From: a virus
Lineage: Duplodnaviria; Caudoviricetes
IMG/VR virus record: IMGVR_UViG_3300032291_003809
Location: 1-53,298 of that record
Strand: one strand, 5' to 3'
DNA length: 53,298 bases
Within the stretch, counting starts at the first letter, position 1, and each line of letters starts with the position of its first letter. The translations under genes were made by a program, and so were the position numbers. The notes beneath the pieces were generated by a model. The model was not told the DNA's origin. It ran no database searches and was given only the letters and a program-made list of their open reading frames with translations. Positions 26,700 through 36,711 of the stretch are shown here, one piece after another.

Positions 26700-27740
26700 T
26701 TAAATATTTTGATATACATTAACATATTTTTGTCTAATTACTTCTGAGCTAAAATTTTGAAATTGCTGAACTGCGTTATATTTCTTCTCTAGCTTTTTAC
26801 ATACATTTAACCAACTATAAGAACTTCTTTCTCTAGCCATATTGTCAACCATCCTTTCGTAATCATTCATTGCTACATGAATACCACCGATTACACTACT
26901 AGTAGATATTTCATAAATTTTAACCAATCCTGATATATTTTTGCTTCCCTGATATGTAGCAACCATAGGCATACAGCAACTAGCTGCTTCAAGTAAAGTC
27001 AAATTTGGATGTCCATATTCAAGATTAGATGGGTGTAAAAAAATGGTATGGTCTTTAAAAATATTTAATTTTTCCTCTTCAGTAGGATTAGTGTCAATCA
27101 CAGTTAATTTATCATATTCTAATAAATCTTTGTGTATCTCAAAGAATTTAGTATTAGCATCTGCACCAACTATTGTTATAGGTAGATTTAACATTTTAGC
27201 AGCTTCAATACCATATCTAAAACCTTTTCTATCAGCCCCATAATCTCCCGCCACGCCATTGTTTGCACACATCAATAGTTTATGTACAATTGGTCTATTT
27301 TTTACATCATAAAATGCTTTAGTTGGGGTGTAATAATCAGTATCTACTCCATGAGACAGGTAAAATAACTTATCAGTATCATCAAAATAGTCTACTACAT
27401 ATTCAGCAGGGGCCAAAGAGAAAATAGACTTTTTCATAGCTTCTAATTGCTCTTTATAGTTATTACTATTTTTACCATAATGATAGCTATGATGGTCATG
27501 AGTTGAATAAACATACTCAATACCCCTCTTATGAGCCTCTAAACAAAGATTAGCCACATGAATATGTACTATATCGTATTTTTTAGGGTCTACATCGTTT
27601 AAATACAATAAGTCTACTTCATGGCCTAATTTTCTTAGGTTTTTAGTGTACTCATCCATAATTAATTCAGTTGCACCCCAACCTCTTTGACCTGTTGGCA
27701 GGATTGGTAAATTGCTACTTATAACTTGTGCTATTCTCAT
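26700..27740 (-). CDS. GT4-family (GT-B) glycosyltransferase
   Basis: WGATE N-terminal motif, HGVDT, EYGHPNLTLLEAASC (Ex7E-like). Confidence 0.85.
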   Translation of the reverse strand: MRIAQVISSNLPILPTGQRGWGATELIMDEYTKNLRKLGHEVDLLYLNDVDPKKYDIVHIHVANLCLEAHKRGIEYVYSTHDHHSYHYGKNSNNYKEQLEAMKKSIFSLAPAEYVVDYFDDTDKLFYLSHGVDTDYYTPTKAFYDVKNRPIVHKLLMCANNGVAGDYGADRKGFRYGIEAAKMLNLPITIVGADANTKFFEIHKDLLEYDKLTVIDTNPTEEEKLNIFKDHTIFLHPSNLEYGHPNLTLLEAASCCMPMVATYQGSKNISGLVKIYEISTSSVIGGIHVAMNDYERMVDNMARERSSYSWLNVCKKLEKKYNAVQQFQNFSSEVIRQKYVNVYQNI

Positions 27741-30442
27741 ATAAATTTCTTTTCTTGTTTGTCAATTAATGAAAATCCTTCAGCTTGTGTTGTCAATCTA
27801 TTATGTACAATGCCAAACTTATAAGGGCTACCATAAAAAATATGATTAAAGAACATATCTGCGGCATCCCATTTTTCTGTTCTCAATCTTTCTAAAAGCC
27901 ATTTTTTAACGCTTTTAGGGAACCCAATACATTGTAATCCAATGATATGGTCTGTAATAAATAATAAATCTTGGTCAGGAATTACTTCTCTAACAGGAGA
28001 TTGTAGCCATCCATGTTCTAGTGTTTTTACATCTCCAAATGACATGTAACCAATTTTATTATCTTCTATAATTTGGAAAGATTTTTCAACCTTTTGTATA
28101 AATTCATGTAAAGGCACTTCAATGATACAATCCCCTTCGCATACTATTAAAAAGTCAATACTGTCATCAAATTCACTCATTATTCCGTTTTTGAATGATT
28201 CAAAACATCCGTAGTGTGAAGGTGTAAGGGCTGTTCCCAACTCACGAACTTGCTCGTCATTGAAGAGTTCCATTGAAACGCAATTGGGCCTTTGGCAGTT
28301 GTACTTAGGTGGTAAATCTCCGTATGGGACATTTGTGTGGAGGATATATTCCCACCCGTAGTCGGCCACATGCTTGAGTGATTCTCTACTTTTTTGTTCT
28401 CTTTCATCGTTTCTAGTTGTTTGAAGATGAACTAATCTTATTTTAGGTTTTCTATTCTTAATCTTGTAGTGTCCTATATGTTCGTATTTGTGTAATGTTT
28501 TTTCATTCAAAACATACTTTTCATTTTTATATACTCTATCTCCATCGTAAAAATCAAGCTCCAATTCAATTTCACGACCTTTATATTCAAATTCTTTTTT
28601 AAATTCTCTAGTCTTATCAATTTGCCATCTAAATACAAAAGAATCTGTTCCATCCTCTCTCATAGTTATATTAACCTTTCTGCTATCTACATTGTAAGTG
28701 TAGAAATAAAACATATAATTGTTCGGTTTCCCAACAATAGGTATTATAGAATAATATTCACTATTTGATGCAACTCCAAGACCGCTATGTTTTAATAATG
28801 TTTCCTCGTTATTATGTTCTATGTAATATTGATTTTCTAATCCAACTAGTTTTTTAGTTAAATAATCTTCAAGAAAATTTTGAGCACCTATATTTTGACA
28901 AATGTTATTATACTCTTCAGGAGTTCTCACATCATCAAAAGTATTTAAGAAGAAATCAATGTCAAAAGCCATTCCATTTGTTTGTATTCCTTTCCCAAAT
29001 GGAGTGTTCAAGCTTCCTAAATAAGCTTTATACATCATTGGGTCTTTGCCATTAATATCAAATGCTTTCTCAATTTGTGGTATATCTCTAGGGTCTAAAA
29101 CAACATCATAGGTAGTATAAAAGAAGGTTTCATACCCTAAAGCTTTTGCTGCTTTCGCACCATTAAATAGATTTGTCAATACAGTTAATGACTGATTGCT
29201 ATTCTTTAATCCGTTGATATTGATTTCAGCGTGGTAGTCATCTGTAAATCTATAAAACCTTGTATAATAAGAATGATGTGTTAACGGGTTATGCTCATCG
29301 TAAATGTAATAATCTACCATTCTTTGAATATCATCATCTACAGGATAATGAGACAATAGCATAATCTTTCTACCTAATGGCTTTAAGCTATTAATGGTAT
29401 CTTTTGTTAATTGAACTCTACTATCTAAATTAGGCCATGTACCTAATATGACTATTTCTGTCTTGTTATTTGTTGGCTTTGCTTCAGTCAATTGAATTAC
29501 TTTTTCAGCATCCTCTGTAAGGTTGCCCGTTAAATAATGGAAATCTTCATATCCATTCCATCTGTTTAAATAAACATCTAAATTGTAAATAAGCTTTGGG
29601 ATTTGCTTATATTCTGCAGCTTCTTTAATTACAATAGGGTTCAATTCTTTATTACCTCTATCTCCTTTAGATGGAAACAGGAACAGGTCAGCAGCTCTAA
29701 TAAAGTCCTCTGTATCGCTTCTTTCCCCCCAAATAATACAATTATCAGGTTTTTGGTCCATCAATGGTTTCCAATAATGCTCAAAATTACCCGCTTGATT
29801 TCCTAAAAAGTGAAGCTTTATTTTATAATCTTTAATTTTTTCGCCTAATTCAAAAGCATATTTTTGATTTTTTCTAGGAGTAAATAAACCTATAATAACA
29901 GCATGTTTATAGTCATGTTCTAGGCCTAATTTGTCTCTAGCTATTCTTTTATCAGAAATTTTAGTATCTATTGGGTATTCAATAATTTCTTGAGGTACAT
30001 CCAAATGGTCGTACTTCATCATATTGTAAGGACTAACAAAAACAAACTTATCAGGCATCCATTTTTTATGAGCAGGGTTAAAGCTGCTATCATGTGTGGT
30101 CTCTACAATTTTCCAACTTCTGCTAGGAGAATATAAAAAACTAGCCATAGCATCATCCATGAACATTTCGGGAAACTCTTCCATAGAAACTACATCAGGA
30201 CTAAAACTGCACATAATATTCATAAACTCTTTAAGCTTGTCTTCTCCTAAAGAATAAAAGTTTTTCTCTCCAACTAAATCAATAATTCTATTTCTTTGAA
30301 CTACAAAAGCCCATGCAACAAAAGCATGTTCAATAACTTTTATTTCAAAATCATCTTTTATTAGTGCAATTTTATTTACAGTAACTTGCGGAGCTCCTCC
30401 TGTACTTAAATGTGGTGTAATAATTAGTAGCTTTTTTTTCAT
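27737..30442 (-). CDS. Multidomain glycosyltransferase (GT4-like N-terminus plus GT-A-like domains)
   Basis: HLSTGGAPQ...RKNQ...ELNPIVIKEA; central YDVVL region; C-terminal GCFESF...CEGDC resembling GT25. Confidence 0.8.
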   Translation of the reverse strand: MKKKLLIITPHLSTGGAPQVTVNKIALIKDDFEIKVIEHAFVAWAFVVQRNRIIDLVGEKNFYSLGEDKLKEFMNIMCSFSPDVVSMEEFPEMFMDDAMASFLYSPSRSWKIVETTHDSSFNPAHKKWMPDKFVFVSPYNMMKYDHLDVPQEIIEYPIDTKISDKRIARDKLGLEHDYKHAVIIGLFTPRKNQKYAFELGEKIKDYKIKLHFLGNQAGNFEHYWKPLMDQKPDNCIIWGERSDTEDFIRAADLFLFPSKGDRGNKELNPIVIKEAAEYKQIPKLIYNLDVYLNRWNGYEDFHYLTGNLTEDAEKVIQLTEAKPTNNKTEIVILGTWPNLDSRVQLTKDTINSLKPLGRKIMLLSHYPVDDDIQRMVDYYIYDEHNPLTHHSYYTRFYRFTDDYHAEININGLKNSNQSLTVLTNLFNGAKAAKALGYETFFYTTYDVVLDPRDIPQIEKAFDINGKDPMMYKAYLGSLNTPFGKGIQTNGMAFDIDFFLNTFDDVRTPEEYNNICQNIGAQNFLEDYLTKKLVGLENQYYIEHNNEETLLKHSGLGVASNSEYYSIIPIVGKPNNYMFYFYTYNVDSRKVNITMREDGTDSFVFRWQIDKTREFKKEFEYKGREIELELDFYDGDRVYKNEKYVLNEKTLHKYEHIGHYKIKNRKPKIRLVHLQTTRNDEREQKSRESLKHVADYGWEYILHTNVPYGDLPPKYNCQRPNCVSMELFNDEQVRELGTALTPSHYGCFESFKNGIMSEFDDSIDFLIVCEGDCIIEVPLHEFIQKVEKSFQIIEDNKIGYMSFGDVKTLEHGWLQSPVREVIPDQDLLFITDHIIGLQCIGFPKSVKKWLLERLRTEKWDAADMFFNHIFYGSPYKFGIVHNRLTTQAEGFSLIDKQEKKFI

Positions 30443-31380
30443 ATCATTTCTATTAATTTATCTAATACTTGTTTTACTGAAGGATGACATTCATAACTTT
30501 CTTTGTTTTCACAGCACCCTATTAATGGCTGTACTCCTTGTATATTTCCCCATGTTTCAACACCATATTTCATATTAGAAGCACATTCTAGTCCACATCC
30601 ACCTCTAACATAACTATACTTGTAATCTTGTCTATTATCCCTATAAGGTATTCTAAATTCAGGTTTTATAGATGACCCTAAATGAATAATAGGAACATCC
30701 GTTGTACCTGCTAAGTGCAATAATCCGCTATCCATAGTTACAAACGCACTAGCATTAATCATAAGATGCCAACAATCTGAAATACTAGTTTTATTCATTA
30801 AATTAACTCCTTTCTCTATCTCAAAATTAAAGACAGGTTTTTGAACATTAAAAAATCCTGTTTCAGATGAGTCCTTCCCAATAGATACTACATTGTAACC
30901 CTTATCATTTAATTCTTTTGTTAAATTCATCCAATTTTCAGCAGACCAAGTTCTGCTAGGCCATGTACTAACGGGATGTATTAAAACATAAGGAGTTTCA
31001 GGCAGTTCAAATGATAATTCTGCAGTTGGTAAGTAAAAGCACTCCATCTCATCTTTTCCTAACATAAAACCAAGATTAATAGCGTGAAATTGTCTAATAT
31101 CTATTGTATTATGTTTATATTCAATACCTCTTTCGTTTTTCTTACCTACATTGTAAAATGAGTTATGAATCAAGTAATTTTCTTTAACATATCCCATATC
31201 AATAGAAGATACTTTTATGCTTTTATCCACATAAGGATTATGTTTAAATATTTCGGGCATTTTAGATATTACTAATATCTTTTTGTTATAAGCCTCGCTT
31301 ATTTTTTTAATTGCAGGAGTAGCACATATTAAGTCTCCTAATCCATTACATTCACTCAAGTCTAAACAAATATCTTTCAT
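30439..31380 (-). CDS. GT9-family heptosyltransferase-like protein
   Basis: GLGDLICATP, VLIHP, DSGLLHLAG, C-terminal Cys cluster. Confidence 0.85.
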   Translation of the reverse strand: MKDICLDLSECNGLGDLICATPAIKKISEAYNKKILVISKMPEIFKHNPYVDKSIKVSSIDMGYVKENYLIHNSFYNVGKKNERGIEYKHNTIDIRQFHAINLGFMLGKDEMECFYLPTAELSFELPETPYVLIHPVSTWPSRTWSAENWMNLTKELNDKGYNVVSIGKDSSETGFFNVQKPVFNFEIEKGVNLMNKTSISDCWHLMINASAFVTMDSGLLHLAGTTDVPIIHLGSSIKPEFRIPYRDNRQDYKYSYVRGGCGLECASNMKYGVETWGNIQGVQPLIGCCENKESYECHPSVKQVLDKLIEMI

Positions 31381-32028
31381 CTATATAATTTTTTTTGTAT
31401 CGTAATTTGGGTCTTTCCAAAAATTGTTTGGATTAAACTCCTGAGAGAAGTTAGTAGTTAAAACCCATCTTTTTTCATCAGAATTATTTATTTGAGTTCT
31501 ATGTCTAAGCCATGCAGGAAATATTAAAACATCTCCTGAAATTGTAGGTATCTCTTTCCACATCCACATTTGGTCATCAAAATAGTGTTCTCCTTTTACA
31601 TACTCAAGAGGGTCTTTACATTCAAAATAACCTCCATTTTCAGGCATGTTTAAATATGCTGCTGCAACTAGAAATGTATTTGAATGATTATGTGTTGATG
31701 TTACCCCGCCCTTGTCATGCACATTAACCCAACTATTTGTTATTTTATACTCATGATATACTTTTGAATAACCCATCCCATTAATTGCAACTTGAGTAAC
31801 CATTTCTTTCAGCCAATCAAAATAAGGTGCAAATTCTTTAATCTTGTGTGGTTGTCTTTTATTTTGATGAGAAGTATGTCCATTACTAACTAATGTCAAT
31901 CCATGAGGAGTTGTATCAATTAATTCGTTACAAATTGGCTCTAACAAATTCCAATCAAATTCAAAGTGTACCTTGTACATATAACTCGTGTGTGGAGTTA
32001 TTATGCTAATTTCATTACTTCCTCTCAT
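31381..32028 (-). CDS. 2OG-Fe(II) oxygenase (TIGR02466-like)
   Basis: SWVN...HNHS...FPAWLRHRT...RWVLTTN; paralog of 32015. Confidence 0.85.
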   Translation of the reverse strand: MRGSNEISIITPHTSYMYKVHFEFDWNLLEPICNELIDTTPHGLTLVSNGHTSHQNKRQPHKIKEFAPYFDWLKEMVTQVAINGMGYSKVYHEYKITNSWVNVHDKGGVTSTHNHSNTFLVAAAYLNMPENGGYFECKDPLEYVKGEHYFDDQMWMWKEIPTISGDVLIFPAWLRHRTQINNSDEKRWVLTTNFSQEFNPNNFWKDPNYDTKKII

Positions 32029-32629
32029 AAAATACTTTTTGCATTAAATTAGTAGTTAATACCCACCTATTTTCGTTTGATAAATTAGGCTGTGTTCTAT
32101 GTTTTAACCATCCATGAAAAACTAAAATATCTCCCGAAATAGTTGGTATCTGTCTCCAAAGATGAGCATTTGATATAGGTAACATATTTTTATGATATTC
32201 AAGGGGGTCTTTACATTCAAAATAACCTCCATTTTCAGGCATGTTTAAATATGCTGTAACTACTAAAGAAGTACAAGAATGACTATGTTCAGTTGTTATA
32301 CCATTTTTGTTATGGACATTTACCCAACTATTTGAAATATAGTAATCTAAATTATTTTCTTTAGTGTTATTATTTTGACCTACTGAAATATTACCAACAC
32401 TAGGAATACAGCTCATAAGCCATGAATAAAATGGTGCAAACTCATTCATTTGATGTGGCTTGAGATTATTGTATTGAGATGTTTTACCATCCTTTAATTG
32501 AGTTGCATCAGTATATTCGCTACCATTGATTAAATTCTGACAAATTGGTTCTAAATTTTGCCAATCAAAGTCAAAATGAAATTTAAAAAGATATGGGTCA
32601 AATGGATATAATATCTCAGCAGATTTCAT
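32015..32629 (-). CDS. 2OG-Fe(II) oxygenase (TIGR02466-like)
   Basis: SWVN...HSHS...FHGWLKHRT...RWVLTTN; shares YLNMPENGGYFECKDPLEY with 31381. Confidence 0.85.
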   Translation of the reverse strand: MKSAEILYPFDPYLFKFHFDFDWQNLEPICQNLINGSEYTDATQLKDGKTSQYNNLKPHQMNEFAPFYSWLMSCIPSVGNISVGQNNNTKENNLDYYISNSWVNVHNKNGITTEHSHSCTSLVVTAYLNMPENGGYFECKDPLEYHKNMLPISNAHLWRQIPTISGDILVFHGWLKHRTQPNLSNENRWVLTTNLMQKVFYERK

Positions 32630-33437
32630 AATTAAATTTTTTAAAGTACCAAGTATGATTTTTATATATCCAATTACAAGCCTCTTTGCCTAATATATCT
32701 TCAGCAACGGATTCATTTTTAGCAACAGTACTTTTTATTTGATGGCTATTAAAGTGAAGCATATCATTTTCAATAGTTGATTTTTGTACTAATTTAAAAT
32801 CATGTATAAAATGAGGTATTTCTAAATATTCGTATATTCTCTTCATTTCATAATCAGGATTTACACAAAAGTCTTCATACTTTATAAAAAGTATTTTAGT
32901 GTCATTTTCCCAATTTATAATCTCTTTTAGTCTTTCTAAATTCAAAGCCAAAGGAGGTTTTGTTGACCATTCAACAATCCTTTTCTCCATGGTTGTCATT
33001 TTTAATTCATTCCAATCAATGTGTGAATTTATTTTCAAAAAATCGGACCTAAAATTTCTTTCAAAAGAAGCAAATATGTCTCTCAGGTCTCTTACCATAA
33101 AAATAATCTTCGGGCTTTCATTGTTAATTTGATATAAGAAATCATAAAAGTAACCCCATGAGAAGTTCTTGTCTATGTAATATGGTTTGTCTGTTAAATT
33201 GCTTGTATATCCTTTTATACCTTCTCTCAAAAAACCATAAACTGATTTTTTTAATACTTGTTCTTGAGATGGATGCTGATATTGTAGGTTTTGTAAAAAT
33301 TCGTTTTTTGATGAAACCAACATTTCAAGTAAAGCCCCCATAGAAGGAGCATATATGTCATTATTTTGTGCAAGTATATTCTGTAAAAGAGTAGCCCCTG
33401 AACGAGGAAGGGAGGAATTATAGAAAATCTTTTGCAT
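32616..33437 (-). CDS. Sulfotransferase
   Basis: 5'-PSB LPRSGATLL, 3'-PB VRDLRDIFAS, IKYEDF. Confidence 0.9.
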   Translation of the reverse strand: MQKIFYNSSLPRSGATLLQNILAQNNDIYAPSMGALLEMLVSSKNEFLQNLQYQHPSQEQVLKKSVYGFLREGIKGYTSNLTDKPYYIDKNFSWGYFYDFLYQINNESPKIIFMVRDLRDIFASFERNFRSDFLKINSHIDWNELKMTTMEKRIVEWSTKPPLALNLERLKEIINWENDTKILFIKYEDFCVNPDYEMKRIYEYLEIPHFIHDFKLVQKSTIENDMLHFNSHQIKSTVAKNESVAEDILGKEACNWIYKNHTWYFKKFNYEIC

Positions 33438-33508
33438 GGTTATTTTTATTTTATAAAAGTAAGCTATTTTCTACATATTTTGTATATTTACAATCTAAAA
33501 TATTTTTT

Positions 33509-33886
33509 ATGATAATTGAAATTAGCATTGGAGAAGCATTTGACAGACTAACCATCCTCAAAATTAAATCAGAAAAGATTAAAGATGAAGCCAAACTGAC
33601 AAATGTCATGAAAGAGTACTTCTATCTACAAAACCTTTTAAGTGAAGAATTGGATGTTAATGAGGATAATGATGACTTTAAGAGATTGTTAGAAATCAAT
33701 CAAACATTATGGGATGTAGAGGATTTGTTAAGGGAGTATGAGGCTAAAAAAGATTTTGGTTCTAATTTTGTACAACTTGCTAGGTCTGTTTATGTATTGA
33801 ACGATGATAGAGCAAGAGTTAAAAAAGAGATAAATTTGGATTATGGAAGTCAATTTGTAGAAGAAAAATCTTATAACCAATTATAA
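33509..33886 (+). CDS. DUF6165-like coiled-coil protein
   Basis: EISIGEAFDRLTILKIK...LWDVED...ARSVY..ND.R...EEKSY. Confidence 0.75.
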   Translation: MIIEISIGEAFDRLTILKIKSEKIKDEAKLTNVMKEYFYLQNLLSEELDVNEDNDDFKRLLEINQTLWDVEDLLREYEAKKDFGSNFVQLARSVYVLNDDRARVKKEINLDYGSQFVEEKSYNQL

Positions 33887-33892
33887 ATCAAT

Positions 33893-34348
33893 ATGATAGT
33901 AGTTTTTTATGGTCAGCCTAGTTCAGGAAAGACTACATTAGCTAAATTGCTTCAAGAAAGAGTTTTTTTGCTAAATCAGCCAACCCCTGTAATAATAGAC
34001 GGAGATGAAATTCGTGCTATTTTTAAAAATACAGACTATTCTAAAGAAGGGCGAATAAATAATTTAAAAAGAATTAGTGATATTGCAACTTTTTTAAATA
34101 GCAAGTATAACATAGTGATTATCAGTGCAGTATATCCTTATCAAGAAGCTAGAGAATACTTAGATAGTATATGCAATGATGTGTTTTGGGTTCATTTATT
34201 CAATGTTGATTTTAGAGAAAGGCAAGAATTTCATGTAAAAGATTTTGACCTCCCTTATGTTGAAGCTAGAAAGAATTGTTCCATTAATACTACAAATTTT
34301 ACTCCTGAAATGTGTATTGACAGAATATTAGATTATATGTCTTTATAG
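33893..34348 (+). CDS. cysC: Adenylyl-sulfate (APS) kinase-like protein
   Basis: GQPSSGKTT, IDGDEIR, DYSKEGRINN. Confidence 0.75.
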   Translation: MIVVFYGQPSSGKTTLAKLLQERVFLLNQPTPVIIDGDEIRAIFKNTDYSKEGRINNLKRISDIATFLNSKYNIVIISAVYPYQEAREYLDSICNDVFWVHLFNVDFRERQEFHVKDFDLPYVEARKNCSINTTNFTPEMCIDRILDYMSL

Positions 34349-34426
34349 TTAATCATTAAATATTACTTAATTTTTAGTATATAAATGTAAAATTGTACTA
34401 TTTTTATACTAAATTTTGAACTAATA

Positions 34427-34729
34427 ATGGCAACTGCTACAAAGTCTACTACAACTAGAAGTAATTCAAATCCAAACGATTTAAGAAATCGTGTTAATCA
34501 TATTGAAAAGACTATGTTAAAAATTAGTCCTCAAATTGATGAAATTTATAAAGTTATAGTTGGAAATGAGGCTTTTCAGCAGGAAGGTTTAATTTCAAGA
34601 GTTAAGAAATTAGAAGATGCTAATGAAAAAACTAATGCTCTCAAAAATAAATTGATGGGAGCTTTTTTGGTTGGTGGTGCAGTATGGACAATAATTTGGG
34701 AAGTAATTAAAAATAGCTTTTTGAAATGA
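34427..34729 (+). CDS. Coiled-coil protein with C-terminal TM (holin-like)
   Basis: GNE...GLISRVKKLE...LMGAFLVGGAVWTIIW. Confidence 0.5.
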   Translation: MATATKSTTTRSNSNPNDLRNRVNHIEKTMLKISPQIDEIYKVIVGNEAFQQEGLISRVKKLEDANEKTNALKNKLMGAFLVGGAVWTIIWEVIKNSFLK

Positions 34730-35157
34730 AACTAAAAGGAGACCCTACAGCAGCAAATCCTATACAAAAATTGTTCTCAGAAGGGGACTTAAATAAAATA
34801 GGGAAAGCACAACAAATCGGAATGATTGTTGAAATTGGAGCTACTGTTGCAGGAGGTATTGCTGCCATAAATGATGCTAAAAAGGCTCAAGAGTTTAAAA
34901 ACTATTTGAGCAATCTTAGTGATGACCAACAACAAGCATTAGTAAATGCGATTGATAACGCAAAATCGGAAGAAGAGACTTATAGAATTATTGCTGCAGT
35001 AATTCAAAATGCACAAGCTAAAAGAGTAGAAAACTTAGCAGGTGTTTTGATTCAACAAGAGCAGATAAATAGGAATAAAAGAGTAGAAAAGATAGTTATT
35101 GTTTCCTTGTTAGCTGCTTTAGCTATAATTTTAGTCTATTCAAGAAAGAAAAATTAA
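34726..35157 (+). CDS. C-terminal TM protein, paralog of 35660
   Basis: GATVAGGIAAINDAK...LSDDQQQAL...AKSEE; IVIVSLLAALAIILVY. Confidence 0.75.
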   Translation: MKLKGDPTAANPIQKLFSEGDLNKIGKAQQIGMIVEIGATVAGGIAAINDAKKAQEFKNYLSNLSDDQQQALVNAIDNAKSEEETYRIIAAVIQNAQAKRVENLAGVLIQQEQINRNKRVEKIVIVSLLAALAIILVYSRKKN

Positions 35158-35657
35158 TGGAAAAAGAAACCATAAATAGGGAGAATGATAAAAGAATTGA
35201 TGAGTTAGAGGCTGCAATAGTTGATAACTTTGATTTGGTAGAGTGTCCTGTTGTACACAGATTTACAGACGGAATGTACATTAGAGAGATATTCATGCCA
35301 AAGGATTCTTTATTAACTAGTAAGATTCATAATACTAATCATCCATATACTATCTCACAAGGGGTAGCCATGGTACAAATTGATGCAGGAGAATGGATTG
35401 AGTTAGCTGCTCCTTATACGGGTATAACAGTAGCAGGAACGAGAAGAGTATTGTATATTGTAGAGGATTGTATTTGGACAACTTACCACCCATTAGAAAG
35501 GATGGAATTGTCTTTTAATGATTTGACAGAGGAAGAGAAGCAGAAAATAGTAGATGAAATTGAAAATGAAATAATAGAACCGCATCAAAATTGTATTACA
35601 GGTACTAATATTCATTTAGATTATAAAGAAAAAATTAATAAAAATAAAATTAGTTAA
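35157..35657 (+). CDS. Cupin-fold protein
   Basis: HRFTDGMYIREIFMP...SKIH...H...GTRRV...WTTYH. Confidence 0.75.
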   Translation: MEKETINRENDKRIDELEAAIVDNFDLVECPVVHRFTDGMYIREIFMPKDSLLTSKIHNTNHPYTISQGVAMVQIDAGEWIELAAPYTGITVAGTRRVLYIVEDCIWTTYHPLERMELSFNDLTEEEKQKIVDEIENEIIEPHQNCITGTNIHLDYKEKINKNKIS

Positions 35658-35659
35658 TT

Positions 35660-36013
35660 ATGGCTTGGTTAATGACAGGGGCAACAGTTGTTCAAGCAGG
35701 TACCGCAGTAGCAGGTACAATTGCAGGTACAAGGGATGCTAGATTAAGAACTCAGTATGAACAACAGTTAAGTCTGTTAGATTACGACCAAAAGAAACAA
35801 TTAAATGATACTTTATTAAAAGCAAACTCAGAAGAGGCAAGGCAGCAAATACTTGCAAACGCTTTAGGAGGTGTTAGTCAAGCAAGAGTGCAAACTTTTG
35901 GTAATATTGCTTTAGAAAGAGAAAAAACTAATCAAGTAGTTACTATTTTAGGAGTGATTGCAGGAATAGGCCTTTTGGGCTTCTTATTATTAACTCTAAA
36001 TCGTAAAAAATAA
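35660..36013 (+). CDS. C-terminal TM protein, paralog of 34726
   Basis: GTAVAGTIAGTRDAR...LDYDQKKQL...ANSEE; ILGVIAGIGLLGFLLL. Confidence 0.75.
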   Translation: MAWLMTGATVVQAGTAVAGTIAGTRDARLRTQYEQQLSLLDYDQKKQLNDTLLKANSEEARQQILANALGGVSQARVQTFGNIALEREKTNQVVTILGVIAGIGLLGFLLLTLNRKK

Positions 36014-36017
36014 AAAA

Positions 36018-36380
36018 ATGGCAATATTAGAAGGACAAATATTAACACCCGATAAAAAATTTATTTTAGCAGATGAGCTAAAAAGAGAACTTGATAGTTT
36101 AAATAAAACAATTGCTTTAGGAGGTATTACATCAGGTCAAAAACAAGCTGTTGAAGCAAGTAAAACAGCAGTACAAAAAATATTAAATAATATTTTAGGA
36201 AAGAAAGGGGTCGTTACTCCTGATGAAACTGATGATGCTTTAAAGAAACTTGATGAAGCTAAAAGAGCAAGATTACAAAATGATTTTTATAGCAGCATTA
36301 GAAAATATGGTACATACATATTATTAGCTGTTGCTGCAGGGGTAGGATTATATTATTATACGAAAAATAGTGCAAAATGA
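36018..36380 (+). CDS. C-terminal TM protein
   Basis: YILLAVAAGVGLYYY. Confidence 0.75.
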   Translation: MAILEGQILTPDKKFILADELKRELDSLNKTIALGGITSGQKQAVEASKTAVQKILNNILGKKGVVTPDETDDALKKLDEAKRARLQNDFYSSIRKYGTYILLAVAAGVGLYYYTKNSAK

Positions 36381-36709
36381 ACACGAATGTAAAAAAATTG
36401 TTATTAATTTTTGGTGGTGGATTTTTGCTTTTTTGGGCTTTTAAAAAAATAAAGCCCATTGATGTTAAAAAGAAGTCTACTTCTAAAGGTAAGTCAGAAG
36501 CTTCTGCTGATGGTAGCTCGGATGAGCAAATGAAAAATGCTAGAGTATGCTTAAAAGCATATTCAGAAGCTAAAAAAGCAGGAGAATCAAGAGACTTTTT
36601 GGCTGAGATGAATAGAGAATTTCAAAAAGAATATGGTTTAAAAGTAATGCCAAATAAATCAAATGGCAAACTTTTTGTTTCAGATGCAGATGGTAATAAA
36701 GTGTTATAA
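36377..36709 (+). CDS. N-terminal TM protein
   Basis: KKLLLIFGGGFLLFWAF; EASADG motif. Confidence 0.75.
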   Translation: MNTNVKKLLLIFGGGFLLFWAFKKIKPIDVKKKSTSKGKSEASADGSSDEQMKNARVCLKAYSEAKKAGESRDFLAEMNREFQKEYGLKVMPNKSNGKLFVSDADGNKVL

Positions 36710-36711
36710 TT

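Noticed and set aside
22540-34348. Cellular LPS/capsule biosynthesis locus
   Set aside because: No flippase, polymerase, export or nucleotide-sugar synthesis genes; cassette is interleaved with viral structural genes
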